Assembly: GCA_030603265.1 (NCBI GenBank)
Contig: JAUVYD010000001.1
Span: 1-34,639 of the forward strand
Source: Dehalococcoidia bacterium
GTDB lineage: Bacteria; Chloroflexota; Dehalococcoidia; GIF9; AB-539-J10
DNA length: 34,639 bases
Direction: 5' to 3'
Under the pieces are notes generated by a model. It was not told the origin of the DNA, made no database searches, and saw only the letters and a program-made list of their open reading frames with translations. Position 1 is the stretch's first letter; each line of letters opens with the position of its first letter. A program made the position numbers and the translations under genes. This document shows, piece after piece, positions 25,762 to 34,533 of the stretch.

Positions 25762-27159
25762 ATGTCTGACACACGACAACAGATGAAGCCGTTCGTGGAG
25801 CCGGAATCGGTGGCCGCGATAGGCGTTTCACGTCGCACCGGTCCTGGTGCCTTCAATCTCCTTGACAACATCCTGAGCTACGGCTACGAGGGACGGCTCT
25901 ACCCCGTGAACCCGAACGCCACTGAGATTCTCGGCGTGAGGACCTATCCCTCTGTGTCCAGCCTTCCGGAGGTCGTGGACCTTGCACTCATCAGCCTGCC
26001 CCGGGACATCGTTGCGGGGGTTGTCAAGGACTGTGTCGCAAACGGAATCAAGGCCATCGTCATCATCACACAGGGATTCGCTGATGCGGACGATGAAGAG
26101 GGCAATCGACTGCAGCGTGAGCTGCTTGAGCTTGTCCGTGGGACGGGCACGTGTATCCTTGGGCCGAATACGTTCGGGACCGCGAACGCACAACTGAAGT
26201 TCAGCTCGTCGTATATCCACATCCCGATGGATGACAATGGCGTTGGCACCATCTCCCAGACCGGGGGGACCTTCCTTGGATTGAATGACATAAGGCTTGT
26301 CGGCAAGGCCATCGATGTCGGGGACTCGTGTGATATCGACATCGTCGACTGCCTGGAATACTTCGAGCATGATGAGGCGACGAGAGTTATTGCCCTTCAT
26401 GTCGAGGGCATGCCGGACGCGAAGCGGTTCCTTGAGGTGGCGCGGAGAGTCGCACTTCGAAAACCGGTGGTGGCACTCAAGACCGGCAGGTCCGGGCGTT
26501 CCGCTCAGGCTGTTCTCTCCCACACGGGAGCGCTTGCCGGCAGAGATGAACTCTGGGACGTGGCCCTTCGTGAGGCAGGCGTCGTCCGAGTGGACGATAT
26601 CGAGGAACTGGCGGATACCCTGCGGGCGTTCCTGACGCTTTCAGCCCCAAGCGGAAACGGAATCGGTGTCATGACGCCTACGGGAGGATTTGGCATCATT
26701 GCGGCAGACGCGTGTGGCAAGTTCGATATGGACCTTGTTGAGTTCACCGATAGTACGATGGCCGGCCTGCGGGCGCTGTCTCCGGAATGGCTTGCGGTGG
26801 GTAACCCAGTGGACTATTTCCCCGGCGTGTCCATTATGGGCCGCCCGCGCGACGAGATGGAGTTGGCCGCGATGCGGCTCATCATGGCGGATGAGAGAGT
26901 CAACGCTGCCATGGGCGTCATAGGGGCCTTCAGCCCGGAGCTTGGCGATGAGCTTGCGCTACTGGCGCGGGAGATGGCACGGGATTTTCCCGACAAACCG
27001 CTCGTCTACTTTCTCTACGGGCCCCACTTCACAGAGGTCCGGAAGAGACTGGAGAGCACGGGGACGACGCTTGGCTTCCCCAGTCCAGAAAGGGCTGTGC
27101 GGGCCCTGATGCACTTGAAGCGCCGCGCGGACTACCTTGCGCGGCAACATGCCCGGTGA
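25762..27159 (+). CDS. ADP-forming acyl/acetyl-CoA synthetase alpha-subunit-like protein (paralog of 24118-25596)
   Basis: PESVAAIGVS CoA-binding N-terminus. Phosphohistidine loop LSHTGALAG. Same domain order as the divergent neighbour. The ATG at 25762 follows GGAGGA. Confidence 0.75.
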   Translation: MSDTRQQMKPFVEPESVAAIGVSRRTGPGAFNLLDNILSYGYEGRLYPVNPNATEILGVRTYPSVSSLPEVVDLALISLPRDIVAGVVKDCVANGIKAIVIITQGFADADDEEGNRLQRELLELVRGTGTCILGPNTFGTANAQLKFSSSYIHIPMDDNGVGTISQTGGTFLGLNDIRLVGKAIDVGDSCDIDIVDCLEYFEHDEATRVIALHVEGMPDAKRFLEVARRVALRKPVVALKTGRSGRSAQAVLSHTGALAGRDELWDVALREAGVVRVDDIEELADTLRAFLTLSAPSGNGIGVMTPTGGFGIIAADACGKFDMDLVEFTDSTMAGLRALSPEWLAVGNPVDYFPGVSIMGRPRDEMELAAMRLIMADERVNAAMGVIGAFSPELGDELALLAREMARDFPDKPLVYFLYGPHFTEVRKRLESTGTTLGFPSPERAVRALMHLKRRADYLARQHAR

Positions 27160-27296
27160 GCGTCCATCACGCATCTGCGACATGAGGCACGCTGGTCCGG
27201 TTGCCTCGCTGCCTCCTCAGCGCAAGGCCCGTCTGCCGTAACGGCGAAGATCTGGCGTAGAGCAGTTTGCCGGGTTCTCCGATTGTGCGGCGGTGG

Positions 27297-28307
27297 CTAG
27301 CCGGCCTTCCTGGCGGTTCTGCTCATCGTCGTCGCCAGCTTGAGAGCCTCGATCAGGCTCGTCGGGTCTGCCGTCCCTTTGCCAGCCTTGCCGAAGACCG
27401 TTCCGTGGTCCACTGACGTCCTGATGATTGGCAGTCCCAGCGTTACGTTTACTCCCTTCTCGAAGCCGACCATCTTGATGGGGATGTGACCCTGGTCGTG
27501 GTACATCGCAACCACAAGGTCGAACTCTCCGCGGAACGCTCGCAGGAACGCTGTGTCGGGTGGCAGTGGTCCCCTGACCTCCATGCCAAGGGCCTTCGCC
27601 TCTTCTATCGCCGGGATGATGTGTTGCTGTTCCTCGGAACCGAAGAGGCCCCCCTCGCCAGAATGCGGATTGAGGCCCGGCACGACGATTCGGGGCTTCT
27701 CCACGCCCATCGCTCTAGCAGCCTGCTCGCCGAGTTGCATGACGTGCAGTACGCGCTCCCTGGTGACGAGGTCACAGGCATCGCGCAGCGAGACGTGTGT
27801 TGATACGTGCACAATCCTCAGGCTATCTGCAACCAGCATCATAACCGCATCACTGACGCCGCACAGGTGGGCGAGAATCTGAGTGTGGCCCGGGAAGGAA
27901 TACCCTGCCTGGTTCAGTGCGTCCTTGTTGAGCGGTGCGGTGACTATCGCGTCAACCTTTTCCTGAAGGGCCAGCGAAGTGGCCTTCTCGATAGCCTGGT
28001 ATGCGGCTTTCCCCGCCCTGGCATCCACGCGCCCGCGCACGAGGGTCGCGACGTCGACGTTCTTCAAGTCCAACACGTTCAACGTGTGGCCTCCCACCTG
28101 AACGTCGCCAGGATTGGAGACCGAATGAACGGCCATTTGGATGCCGACGATGTCAGCCGCCGCTCTCATAGTCGCGGCGTCGCCGATGACGAGGCTGGTG
28201 CACAGGCTCTGGACTTCGGGGTCTGCGAGAGCTTTGACGACTATCTCGGGTCCCGCACCTGTCGGGTCCCCCATCGTGATTGCGAGCAATGGAGTGTTGT
28301 TCTTCAT
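27297..28307 (-). CDS. pdxA: PdxA-family NAD-dependent 4-phospho-hydroxyacid dehydrogenase (PdxA2-type)
   Basis: ITMGDPTGAGPEI N-terminus, FPGHTQ, NPHSGEGG and YHDQGHIP metal/substrate motifs. The ATG at 28305-28307 shares one nt with the upstream kinase stop. Confidence 0.85.
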   Translation of the reverse strand: MKNNTPLLAITMGDPTGAGPEIVVKALADPEVQSLCTSLVIGDAATMRAAADIVGIQMAVHSVSNPGDVQVGGHTLNVLDLKNVDVATLVRGRVDARAGKAAYQAIEKATSLALQEKVDAIVTAPLNKDALNQAGYSFPGHTQILAHLCGVSDAVMMLVADSLRIVHVSTHVSLRDACDLVTRERVLHVMQLGEQAARAMGVEKPRIVVPGLNPHSGEGGLFGSEEQQHIIPAIEEAKALGMEVRGPLPPDTAFLRAFRGEFDLVVAMYHDQGHIPIKMVGFEKGVNVTLGLPIIRTSVDHGTVFGKAGKGTADPTSLIEALKLATTMSRTARKAG

Positions 28308-29551
28308 CAACCTTGTCCTTTCGTGAAATGCCGGGCTACCTGTATTAGCGCGTCCTCGTTGCCGAAGCCTCCGGCTTTCGTGACCACGCGAAGACCCTCG
28401 TAGTGTCGGCCGACTGCCTCTCCTGCGATGACTCCCGGCTGGAGATCACCCAGTATCCGCAAGGCTTGGATTCCCTCGTCCCCGCAGACAGCACGCGCCA
28501 CGTCGCCCCCGCACAGAAACAGCCCGGTGATATCGCACAGGGACAGCACCCTGGTTACTATGTCGCCGAGGATGCGCGCCATGAGGTGGCGATACTGTGG
28601 CATGTACTCGCTCAGGCTTGAGCTGAGGATGACGATTTCCCTGTCGAGCAGCAGGTTCTGGACCTCTCGCGCTACCTGGTTGATGCGAGGCTCGCGCCCG
28701 CTTCGTGTCCTGAACTCGTGTGGCTCCACTTGCACCAGTGGTGGGTGAAGTCGGTCAATGAGACGGCGCACCTGTTGGATGCTTACCTCGTTCCGGCTTC
28801 CGACAGCGATGAGTGCGCGTCCATGGCGTGTGGGAGGGAGTTCCCTCCCGTGTGGCGAGAATCCGAACGCCAGAGGAAGCTGCGCTCCCAGGCCACCTGA
28901 GCCGCAGGGCAGCCACCTCTCCCTGCTGAGGGCCAGCGCATCGGCGATACAGCGCAGGTGCTCAGCTCTCGTTGCATCGATGACAACCGCACGGCTTGCG
29001 CACTCCCGAATGCGTTGGACGAGGTGCTCCGGACCTCGTTCGACGTCCGCAAGGCCAAGGCCTTCGGCTGCAATTCCGGAGCCCAAGCGTAGCAAGTCGG
29101 CTACACTGGACTTCGTCACGGGGCTTACGGGGTCTCGCGAGAAACTCGTGAGATGTACGGGCACGCCCTCAACCAGGAGCTCGCCATTGACCACCGTGCG
29201 CTTGATGGAGGGAAAGGCGGGACAAACGACCGCCTTTGATGCCCTGGTCACGTCGAGGAGGGCTTGGAGTTCCGCAGCGATGTTGCCGCGGAGCGTCGAG
29301 TCGATCTTCTTGTAGATGTAATAGTCCTGGAAGCGCTCTCCCACTGCTTTGACGCGCCTGTACGCTTCCGACGGTGATTCGGCGCGACTGTCCGTGGTTG
29401 CGACAACCGAATCGGAACCCGGGTTCGTGCTGCTTGAGAACGAAATGGTTGCTGCCAGACCCGCTTGCGCGAGGCCGACGCCCGTGTCCATCGCACCGGT
29501 GATGTCATCCGCGATAACACAGAATCGCACGCGCTCTCCGGAGGTTCCCAT
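28307..29551 (-). CDS. Four-carbon acid-sugar kinase family protein (DUF1537; OtnK/DtnK-like)
   Basis: N-terminal VIADDITGAMDTG (family ADDxTGA motif). Two-domain length (414 aa). Coupled to a PdxA-family gene, as in known DUF1537 clusters. Confidence 0.8.
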   Translation of the reverse strand: MGTSGERVRFCVIADDITGAMDTGVGLAQAGLAATISFSSSTNPGSDSVVATTDSRAESPSEAYRRVKAVGERFQDYYIYKKIDSTLRGNIAAELQALLDVTRASKAVVCPAFPSIKRTVVNGELLVEGVPVHLTSFSRDPVSPVTKSSVADLLRLGSGIAAEGLGLADVERGPEHLVQRIRECASRAVVIDATRAEHLRCIADALALSRERWLPCGSGGLGAQLPLAFGFSPHGRELPPTRHGRALIAVGSRNEVSIQQVRRLIDRLHPPLVQVEPHEFRTRSGREPRINQVAREVQNLLLDREIVILSSSLSEYMPQYRHLMARILGDIVTRVLSLCDITGLFLCGGDVARAVCGDEGIQALRILGDLQPGVIAGEAVGRHYEGLRVVTKAGGFGNEDALIQVARHFTKGQG

Positions 29552-29682
29552 GTGGCGCGCCTACTGTAGACGCCACACCGTACCCTGTCAATCCGAGTGC
29601 TATGGTCGTATACTGGGAGAAACAAAAGAGGGATGGCTGGGGTCGCCCCCTTCCCGCTATCGCAAAGGAGGAGAATCAGATC

Positions 29683-30822
29683 ATGGAAGTGTTGTTTACT
29701 GAACAAGAGCGGATGTTCCAGCAGCAGATGAGAGACTTCGTGGAGGGCGAGATTGCTCCGTATGCGGACGAGTGGGACCGACGCAATGAGCTCGCGTACG
29801 AGGCATTCCAGAAGATGGCCTCAATCGGCCTCGCCGGCCTGACCATTCCGGAGGAGTACGGTGGCCAGGGTGGGTCAATGCTGGATGGGTTCATCGCGTC
29901 GGTGGAGCTTGCCCGCGCCAGCATATCGGTCGCATCTATCTTCGGGACACACACGGGTCTGGCCCTGAGCGGCATGTATCACTACGGCAATGAGGAGCAG
30001 CGCAGGCGCTTCGTCGTTCCGGCGGCTAAGGGAGAGAAGCTGTGTGCGTATGCACTCACCGAACGCGAGGCAAGCAGCGATATCTCGCGAATGAGCACGA
30101 CGGCCCGCAGGGAGGGCGACGAGTGGATCATCAATGGTGCGAAATGCTTCATCTCCAACGGCGACACGGCTGACACCATTCTCCTGTTCGCGACGGTTGA
30201 CAAGCAGCTGGGAAGCAAGGGCATCACCGCCTTCGTGGTTGAGAAGGGAATGCCAGGGTTCTCAGTCGGCAAAGTGGAGGACAAGCTGGGCATCAGGGCG
30301 GAGAGCGCGGCGGAGCTCATGTTTGACGATGTACACATCCCTGTTGCGAATCAGATAGGTGAGGTCGGCAAAGGAATGAGGATAGCCCTCACGATACTCG
30401 ACGAGGGCCGGCTTGACGTGTCGGGGCAGGGAGTGGGCGTTGCCTCAGCAGCTCTTGATGCCGCAATCGCCTATTCGAAGCAGAGGCAGCAGTTCGGACA
30501 ACCCATCAGCGAGTTCCAGGGCATTCAGTGGATGATGGTTGACATGGCGACCGCTGTGGACGCGGCGTGGCTTCTTGGCTACCGTGCCGCCAAGCTTGCG
30601 GACTCGGGCGCGAGGTTCACCAAGGAAGTCGCGGAGGCCAAGTTGTTTGCAGCGAACACCGCTATGGATGTGACGAGGAAGGCCCTGCAGATTCATGGCG
30701 GCTACGGCTACATGAAGGACCTTCCTCTGGAGCGCTACTACCGCGACGCGAAAATCCTTGAGATATACGAGGGCACCAGCGAGGTCCAGAAGCTGGTAAT
30801 CTCCCGGGCGCTTCTCTCGTAG
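29683..30822 (+). CDS. Acyl-CoA dehydrogenase (short/medium-chain type)
   Basis: CAYALTEREASSD (FAD/substrate signature 1) and QIHGGYGYMKDLPLERYYRDAKILEIYEGTSEVQ (signature 2 with the catalytic Glu). The ATG at 29683 follows AAAGGAGGAG. Confidence 0.9.
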   Translation: MEVLFTEQERMFQQQMRDFVEGEIAPYADEWDRRNELAYEAFQKMASIGLAGLTIPEEYGGQGGSMLDGFIASVELARASISVASIFGTHTGLALSGMYHYGNEEQRRRFVVPAAKGEKLCAYALTEREASSDISRMSTTARREGDEWIINGAKCFISNGDTADTILLFATVDKQLGSKGITAFVVEKGMPGFSVGKVEDKLGIRAESAAELMFDDVHIPVANQIGEVGKGMRIALTILDEGRLDVSGQGVGVASAALDAAIAYSKQRQQFGQPISEFQGIQWMMVDMATAVDAAWLLGYRAAKLADSGARFTKEVAEAKLFAANTAMDVTRKALQIHGGYGYMKDLPLERYYRDAKILEIYEGTSEVQKLVISRALLS

Positions 30823-30834
30823 CGACTCGCTCCC

Positions 30835-32541
30835 TCAAGCCCGGGAGATGATGCGGAACTCGGCGACGTCGACCACGCCGAGGTCTGTGAGCCGGAGTTC
30901 CGGTATCACTGGCAGGGCGAGGAATGAGAGCAGCGCAAATGGTGCGGGTGGCAGTGTTCCGAGGTAGTGTGCCTCCGCCTGGACACTGCGCATCTGCTCC
31001 AGCACCCGCGTGAGCGGTGCAGGTGAGAGAAGTCCGGCGACAGGGAGTGGCAGGGCGGCTCTCACTTCGCCATCCGCGAATACGACGAGGCCCCCCTGCA
31101 TCTCGACCAGTGCCCTGAGCGCGCCGAGGATGTCTTCATCTGTGGTTCCCACTGCGATGAGATTGTGCGAGTCGTGGGCGACGGAACTCGCCAGTGCCCC
31201 TCGCTTGAGCCCGAATCCTGTTACGAGACCCTTGCCGATATTGCCCGTTCGGCGGTGACGCTCGACGACCACCAGCTTGAGGATATCTCTCTCCGGGTCG
31301 GACACGATTGCGCCACCGGAGACCGTGGGCATCATGTAGCGCTTCTTCGTGATGATCTGGCCCGGCACGAGTTCGATGACGGGGAACTCGTGGCCGTCGT
31401 GTGGCATGGAAAGCCCCTGACTATCCAGCAGCCCTGTGCGCACTGTGTCGGTCAGCTCCGCATCAGGAGGAGCTGACTGGAACAGCGGCCGGCCACACTC
31501 CGCGACCAGCTTCCCCCGGTAGAAGACTTTGTCGACGGCGAAGTCTGTCAGGTTTTGTACGGTCACGAGGTCGGCACGTTTGCCGGGACAGATGCACCCT
31601 CTGTCGTGAAGTCGAAAGTAGCGGGCCGGATTGATTGTGGCGAGCTGTATGGCGCGTACGGGGTCGAGGCCGAGCGCAATCGCCTTGCGGACTACGTGGT
31701 CGATATCGCCTTCCTCGTCCAAGTCGGCGGCGCTTCTGTCGTCAACTACGAACATGCAGCGCGGATAGGTCAGGTCCGTCACAAGCGGCAGAAGGGCCTC
31801 GAGGTTCTTCTCGGACGAGCCCTCTCGTATCATGATATGCATGCCCTTGTGCAGCTTCTCAAGGGCTTCGTCATAGCTTGTGCACTCGTGGTCGGACATG
31901 ATGCCGGCTGCCATGTAGGCATCGAGGGAGTGTCCCAGGAGACCCGGGGCGTGCCCGTCGACGGGCTTGCCCGCTGCGGCCTCAATCTTGTCGAGCACAT
32001 CCTGGGCGCCGGCCAGGACGCCGGGGTAGTTCATGACCTCACCGAGACCAATGACGTCGGGCTCGGCGAAGAGAGCGCGGATGTCATCAGCAGAGAGCAC
32101 CGCTCCTGACGTCTCCAGCGGTGTGGCCGGTACGCACGAAGGCGCCATGAACTTCATGTCGAGAGGGAGGCTTCGTCCCCAGCGCATGCAGAATTCAAGG
32201 CCGGCCTTCCCGCAGACGTTGGCAATCTCGTGCAGGTCGGTTACCACGGTCAGTGTGCCGTGAGGGACGACGGCTTCGGCGTATCTGGCAGGGTGGAGCA
32301 TGGAGCTCTCGATGTGGGTGTGTCCGTTTATCAGACCAGGCGCAACGTATGCACCCCGGAGGTCGACCACATCTCGTGCGTTGTTGTAGCTACCGAGTCC
32401 GGCGATGGTGTCGCCGCAAATGGCAATGTCCGCATCCTCCACTACTCCGGCCAGCGTGTTGATGACCCTGCAGTTTCTCAAGATGAGGTCAGCGGGTTGT
32501 TCCCCTCGCGCAACGCGAATCAGCTCAGGCGTGTTCATCAT
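30835..32541 (-). CDS. ade: Adenine deaminase
   Basis: Amidohydrolase metal motif GLINGHTHIESS, then HAPG.., SDHE.., and a C-terminal Ade domain. I start it at the twin ATGs at 32536-32541 (MMNTPELIRVARG..). The longer ORF to 32757 would run through hpt. Confidence 0.88.
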   Translation of the reverse strand: MMNTPELIRVARGEQPADLILRNCRVINTLAGVVEDADIAICGDTIAGLGSYNNARDVVDLRGAYVAPGLINGHTHIESSMLHPARYAEAVVPHGTLTVVTDLHEIANVCGKAGLEFCMRWGRSLPLDMKFMAPSCVPATPLETSGAVLSADDIRALFAEPDVIGLGEVMNYPGVLAGAQDVLDKIEAAAGKPVDGHAPGLLGHSLDAYMAAGIMSDHECTSYDEALEKLHKGMHIMIREGSSEKNLEALLPLVTDLTYPRCMFVVDDRSAADLDEEGDIDHVVRKAIALGLDPVRAIQLATINPARYFRLHDRGCICPGKRADLVTVQNLTDFAVDKVFYRGKLVAECGRPLFQSAPPDAELTDTVRTGLLDSQGLSMPHDGHEFPVIELVPGQIITKKRYMMPTVSGGAIVSDPERDILKLVVVERHRRTGNIGKGLVTGFGLKRGALASSVAHDSHNLIAVGTTDEDILGALRALVEMQGGLVVFADGEVRAALPLPVAGLLSPAPLTRVLEQMRSVQAEAHYLGTLPPAPFALLSFLALPVIPELRLTDLGVVDVAEFRIISRA

Positions 32542-33061
32542 CAATCTCGATGGTGTAGATGTCAGGCAGGTGGCGGAACTTGTTGTCGAAGTCCAGCCCG
32601 TAGCCGACGACGAACTTGTCCGGAATTGTGAATCCGAGGTAGGCAATCTCAATTGGCGTCTCTCTGCGGCTGGGCTTGTCCGCGAGGGCGCAGATGGCAA
32701 CGGAGCGGGCCCCTGTGTCCTTCGCGTGGCGCAGGACATAGTTGGCGGTGTAGCCACTGTCGATTATGTCCTCCACGATGAGGACGTCCTTGTCCTTCAC
32801 CTGTATTGTCATGTCCTGCAGCAATCTGATTCGGCGGGAGCTTTCGCTGCCACTGTCGTAGCTCGAAACGGTCACGAAATCCACCTCGAGAGGAATCTCG
32901 ATCTGCCGCACCAGGTCCGCCATGAAGATGAAAGCGCCCTTGAGTATTCCGACGGCGACCAACTGCCTCCCTCTGTAGTCCTCTGAGATCTGGCCGGCGA
33001 GCCGGGAGATGGCTCGCTCGATGTCGTGGCGTGGGATGAGCAGACTAAGATGGTCCTTCAT
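32525..33061 (-). CDS. hpt: Hypoxanthine(-guanine) phosphoribosyltransferase
   Basis: GILKGAFIFMADL, PRPP motif VLIVEDIIDSGYT, and FVVGYGLDFDNKFRHLP. ATGA overlap with the upstream gene stop at 33058-33061. Confidence 0.9.
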   Translation of the reverse strand: MKDHLSLLIPRHDIERAISRLAGQISEDYRGRQLVAVGILKGAFIFMADLVRQIEIPLEVDFVTVSSYDSGSESSRRIRLLQDMTIQVKDKDVLIVEDIIDSGYTANYVLRHAKDTGARSVAICALADKPSRRETPIEIAYLGFTIPDKFVVGYGLDFDNKFRHLPDIYTIEIDDEHA

Positions 33062-34512
33062 GCAGTTAGCCTCGCCTGGCTGTGTCCGCCCCAATCCTGT
33101 CTCAGTTCCCCGATGAATGGGAGGTTTCGGTACTCGCCCTTGTAGTCGAGGCCGTAGCCCACAACGAATATATCCGGAATCTCGAATCCTACGTAGTTGA
33201 GCTTGACGTTTGCCAGTCTCCTGGCCTTGCGGTCAAGCAGAGAGCACACGCGAAGACTCGCCGGCTTGTGCGCGGCCAGATGAGCAAGCACGTAGTTCAG
33301 TGTCATGCCGGTGTCCACGATGTCCTCAACCATGAGAACATGTTGTCCCCCGATGGGAGAGTCGAGATCCCGCGTGATTTTCACGACCTCGCCGTCGCCG
33401 CTGTAGTGTGAGATGTCCATGTAGTCGACCCTCACGGGGATCGAGATGTACTGCATCAGATCGGACATGAAGCACATCATTCCCTTGAGCACGCCGATGA
33501 CGACGATTCTCTCTCCCGCGTAGTCGCGCGATATCTTGCGTGCGATGGCGCGCACTCTGCGCTGTATCTGTGTGTGGCTGTAGAGCACCCTCCCGACTCC
33601 CTCGACCTTCGCCTCTCCCATCGAGCCGTAGCCATACTTCGCCAGCAGCTTCATGAAGTCCTTCTTTGTCAGCAGCCGGATGTTAATATCAGGGTACTGC
33701 TCCCGTAGTCGCCTGACCTTGCGGTTCTTGAGAGTAATCAGGTCCTGCTTCATCGTCGTGAGTTCGACGTACATGTCAAGTTCGGGCAGGTAGAAGTCAG
33801 GCGTGAACATCTGAGAGATTTTGGCCCCGTTCCAGGCGAGGGGGAAGGAGCGTGGCTCGTACAGCCACTCAATCTGATAGAAATCGAGCAGGCCGGCGAA
33901 TTCTGCTTCGCTCTCGTGCGCGAACTCGGTTGGCTTCAAGGGATTCACTGCTATCCGGGGTGGGGTTGAGACCTCGGTGGCCTTCGCCCGTGACTTGTCG
34001 ATACGGTCTCTGAACTGGGCAAGCTGTGCCCTGTCGAGCAGCACGGCGCACAAGTTGGCGGACGCCTTCAGGAAGTCCTTCTCCACCTCCGTGAGTTCCC
34101 TGGACTCCTTTGAGTAGATTCGCAGCTCTCCTATCGTATCTTCTCCAAGGATGACCGGAATCCCGGCGATGAAGAGGACGTTCTGGGATTTGGCCACTTC
34201 CGGGTGTTGCACCCTCTCGTCGGTTGGCGCGTGGGTGACGACCACGATGTTTCCGGCCAGCACCTCGGGCAGACTTTTTCGTGCATCGAGCGGACCCTTT
34301 CTGATGTAGAGGTCGCTTAGCCCATAGGCGCCGACGGTCGTGAGGTATTCCTTCTTCGAATCCAGGAGGAGAATCCTGCAGCCATTCATGTCTGTCGCCT
34401 TGGCGACAGTCCTTGCTATGGCATTGTAGGTCCGACGGAAAGTGAGCCCGGAGTTCGCTATGACTGCAATCTGCTGCAGTCCTGTGTAGTGCCGTCCCCT
34501 GGATGTAGTCAC
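33058..34512 (-). CDS. Three-domain fusion: N-terminal GAF domain + central restriction-endonuclease-like (PD-(D/E)xK-like) module + C-terminal HPRT domain
   Basis: aa 15-160 are GAF-like (..CRILLLD..LTTVGAYG..GIPVILGEDTIGELRIY..). aa 195-295 contain E200/E202..PD239F..VE250LT..K255. aa 305-470 are a full HPRT domain (GVLKGMMCFMSDL, VLMVEDIVDTGMT, FVVGYGLDYKGEYRNLP). GTG start lies 7 nt after GAGGAGGA. Confidence 0.8.
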   Translation of the reverse strand: MTTSRGRHYTGLQQIAVIANSGLTFRRTYNAIARTVAKATDMNGCRILLLDSKKEYLTTVGAYGLSDLYIRKGPLDARKSLPEVLAGNIVVVTHAPTDERVQHPEVAKSQNVLFIAGIPVILGEDTIGELRIYSKESRELTEVEKDFLKASANLCAVLLDRAQLAQFRDRIDKSRAKATEVSTPPRIAVNPLKPTEFAHESEAEFAGLLDFYQIEWLYEPRSFPLAWNGAKISQMFTPDFYLPELDMYVELTTMKQDLITLKNRKVRRLREQYPDINIRLLTKKDFMKLLAKYGYGSMGEAKVEGVGRVLYSHTQIQRRVRAIARKISRDYAGERIVVIGVLKGMMCFMSDLMQYISIPVRVDYMDISHYSGDGEVVKITRDLDSPIGGQHVLMVEDIVDTGMTLNYVLAHLAAHKPASLRVCSLLDRKARRLANVKLNYVGFEIPDIFVVGYGLDYKGEYRNLPFIGELRQDWGGHSQARLTA

Positions 34513-34533
34513 CGCCCGTTCCTCCTCACGCGG

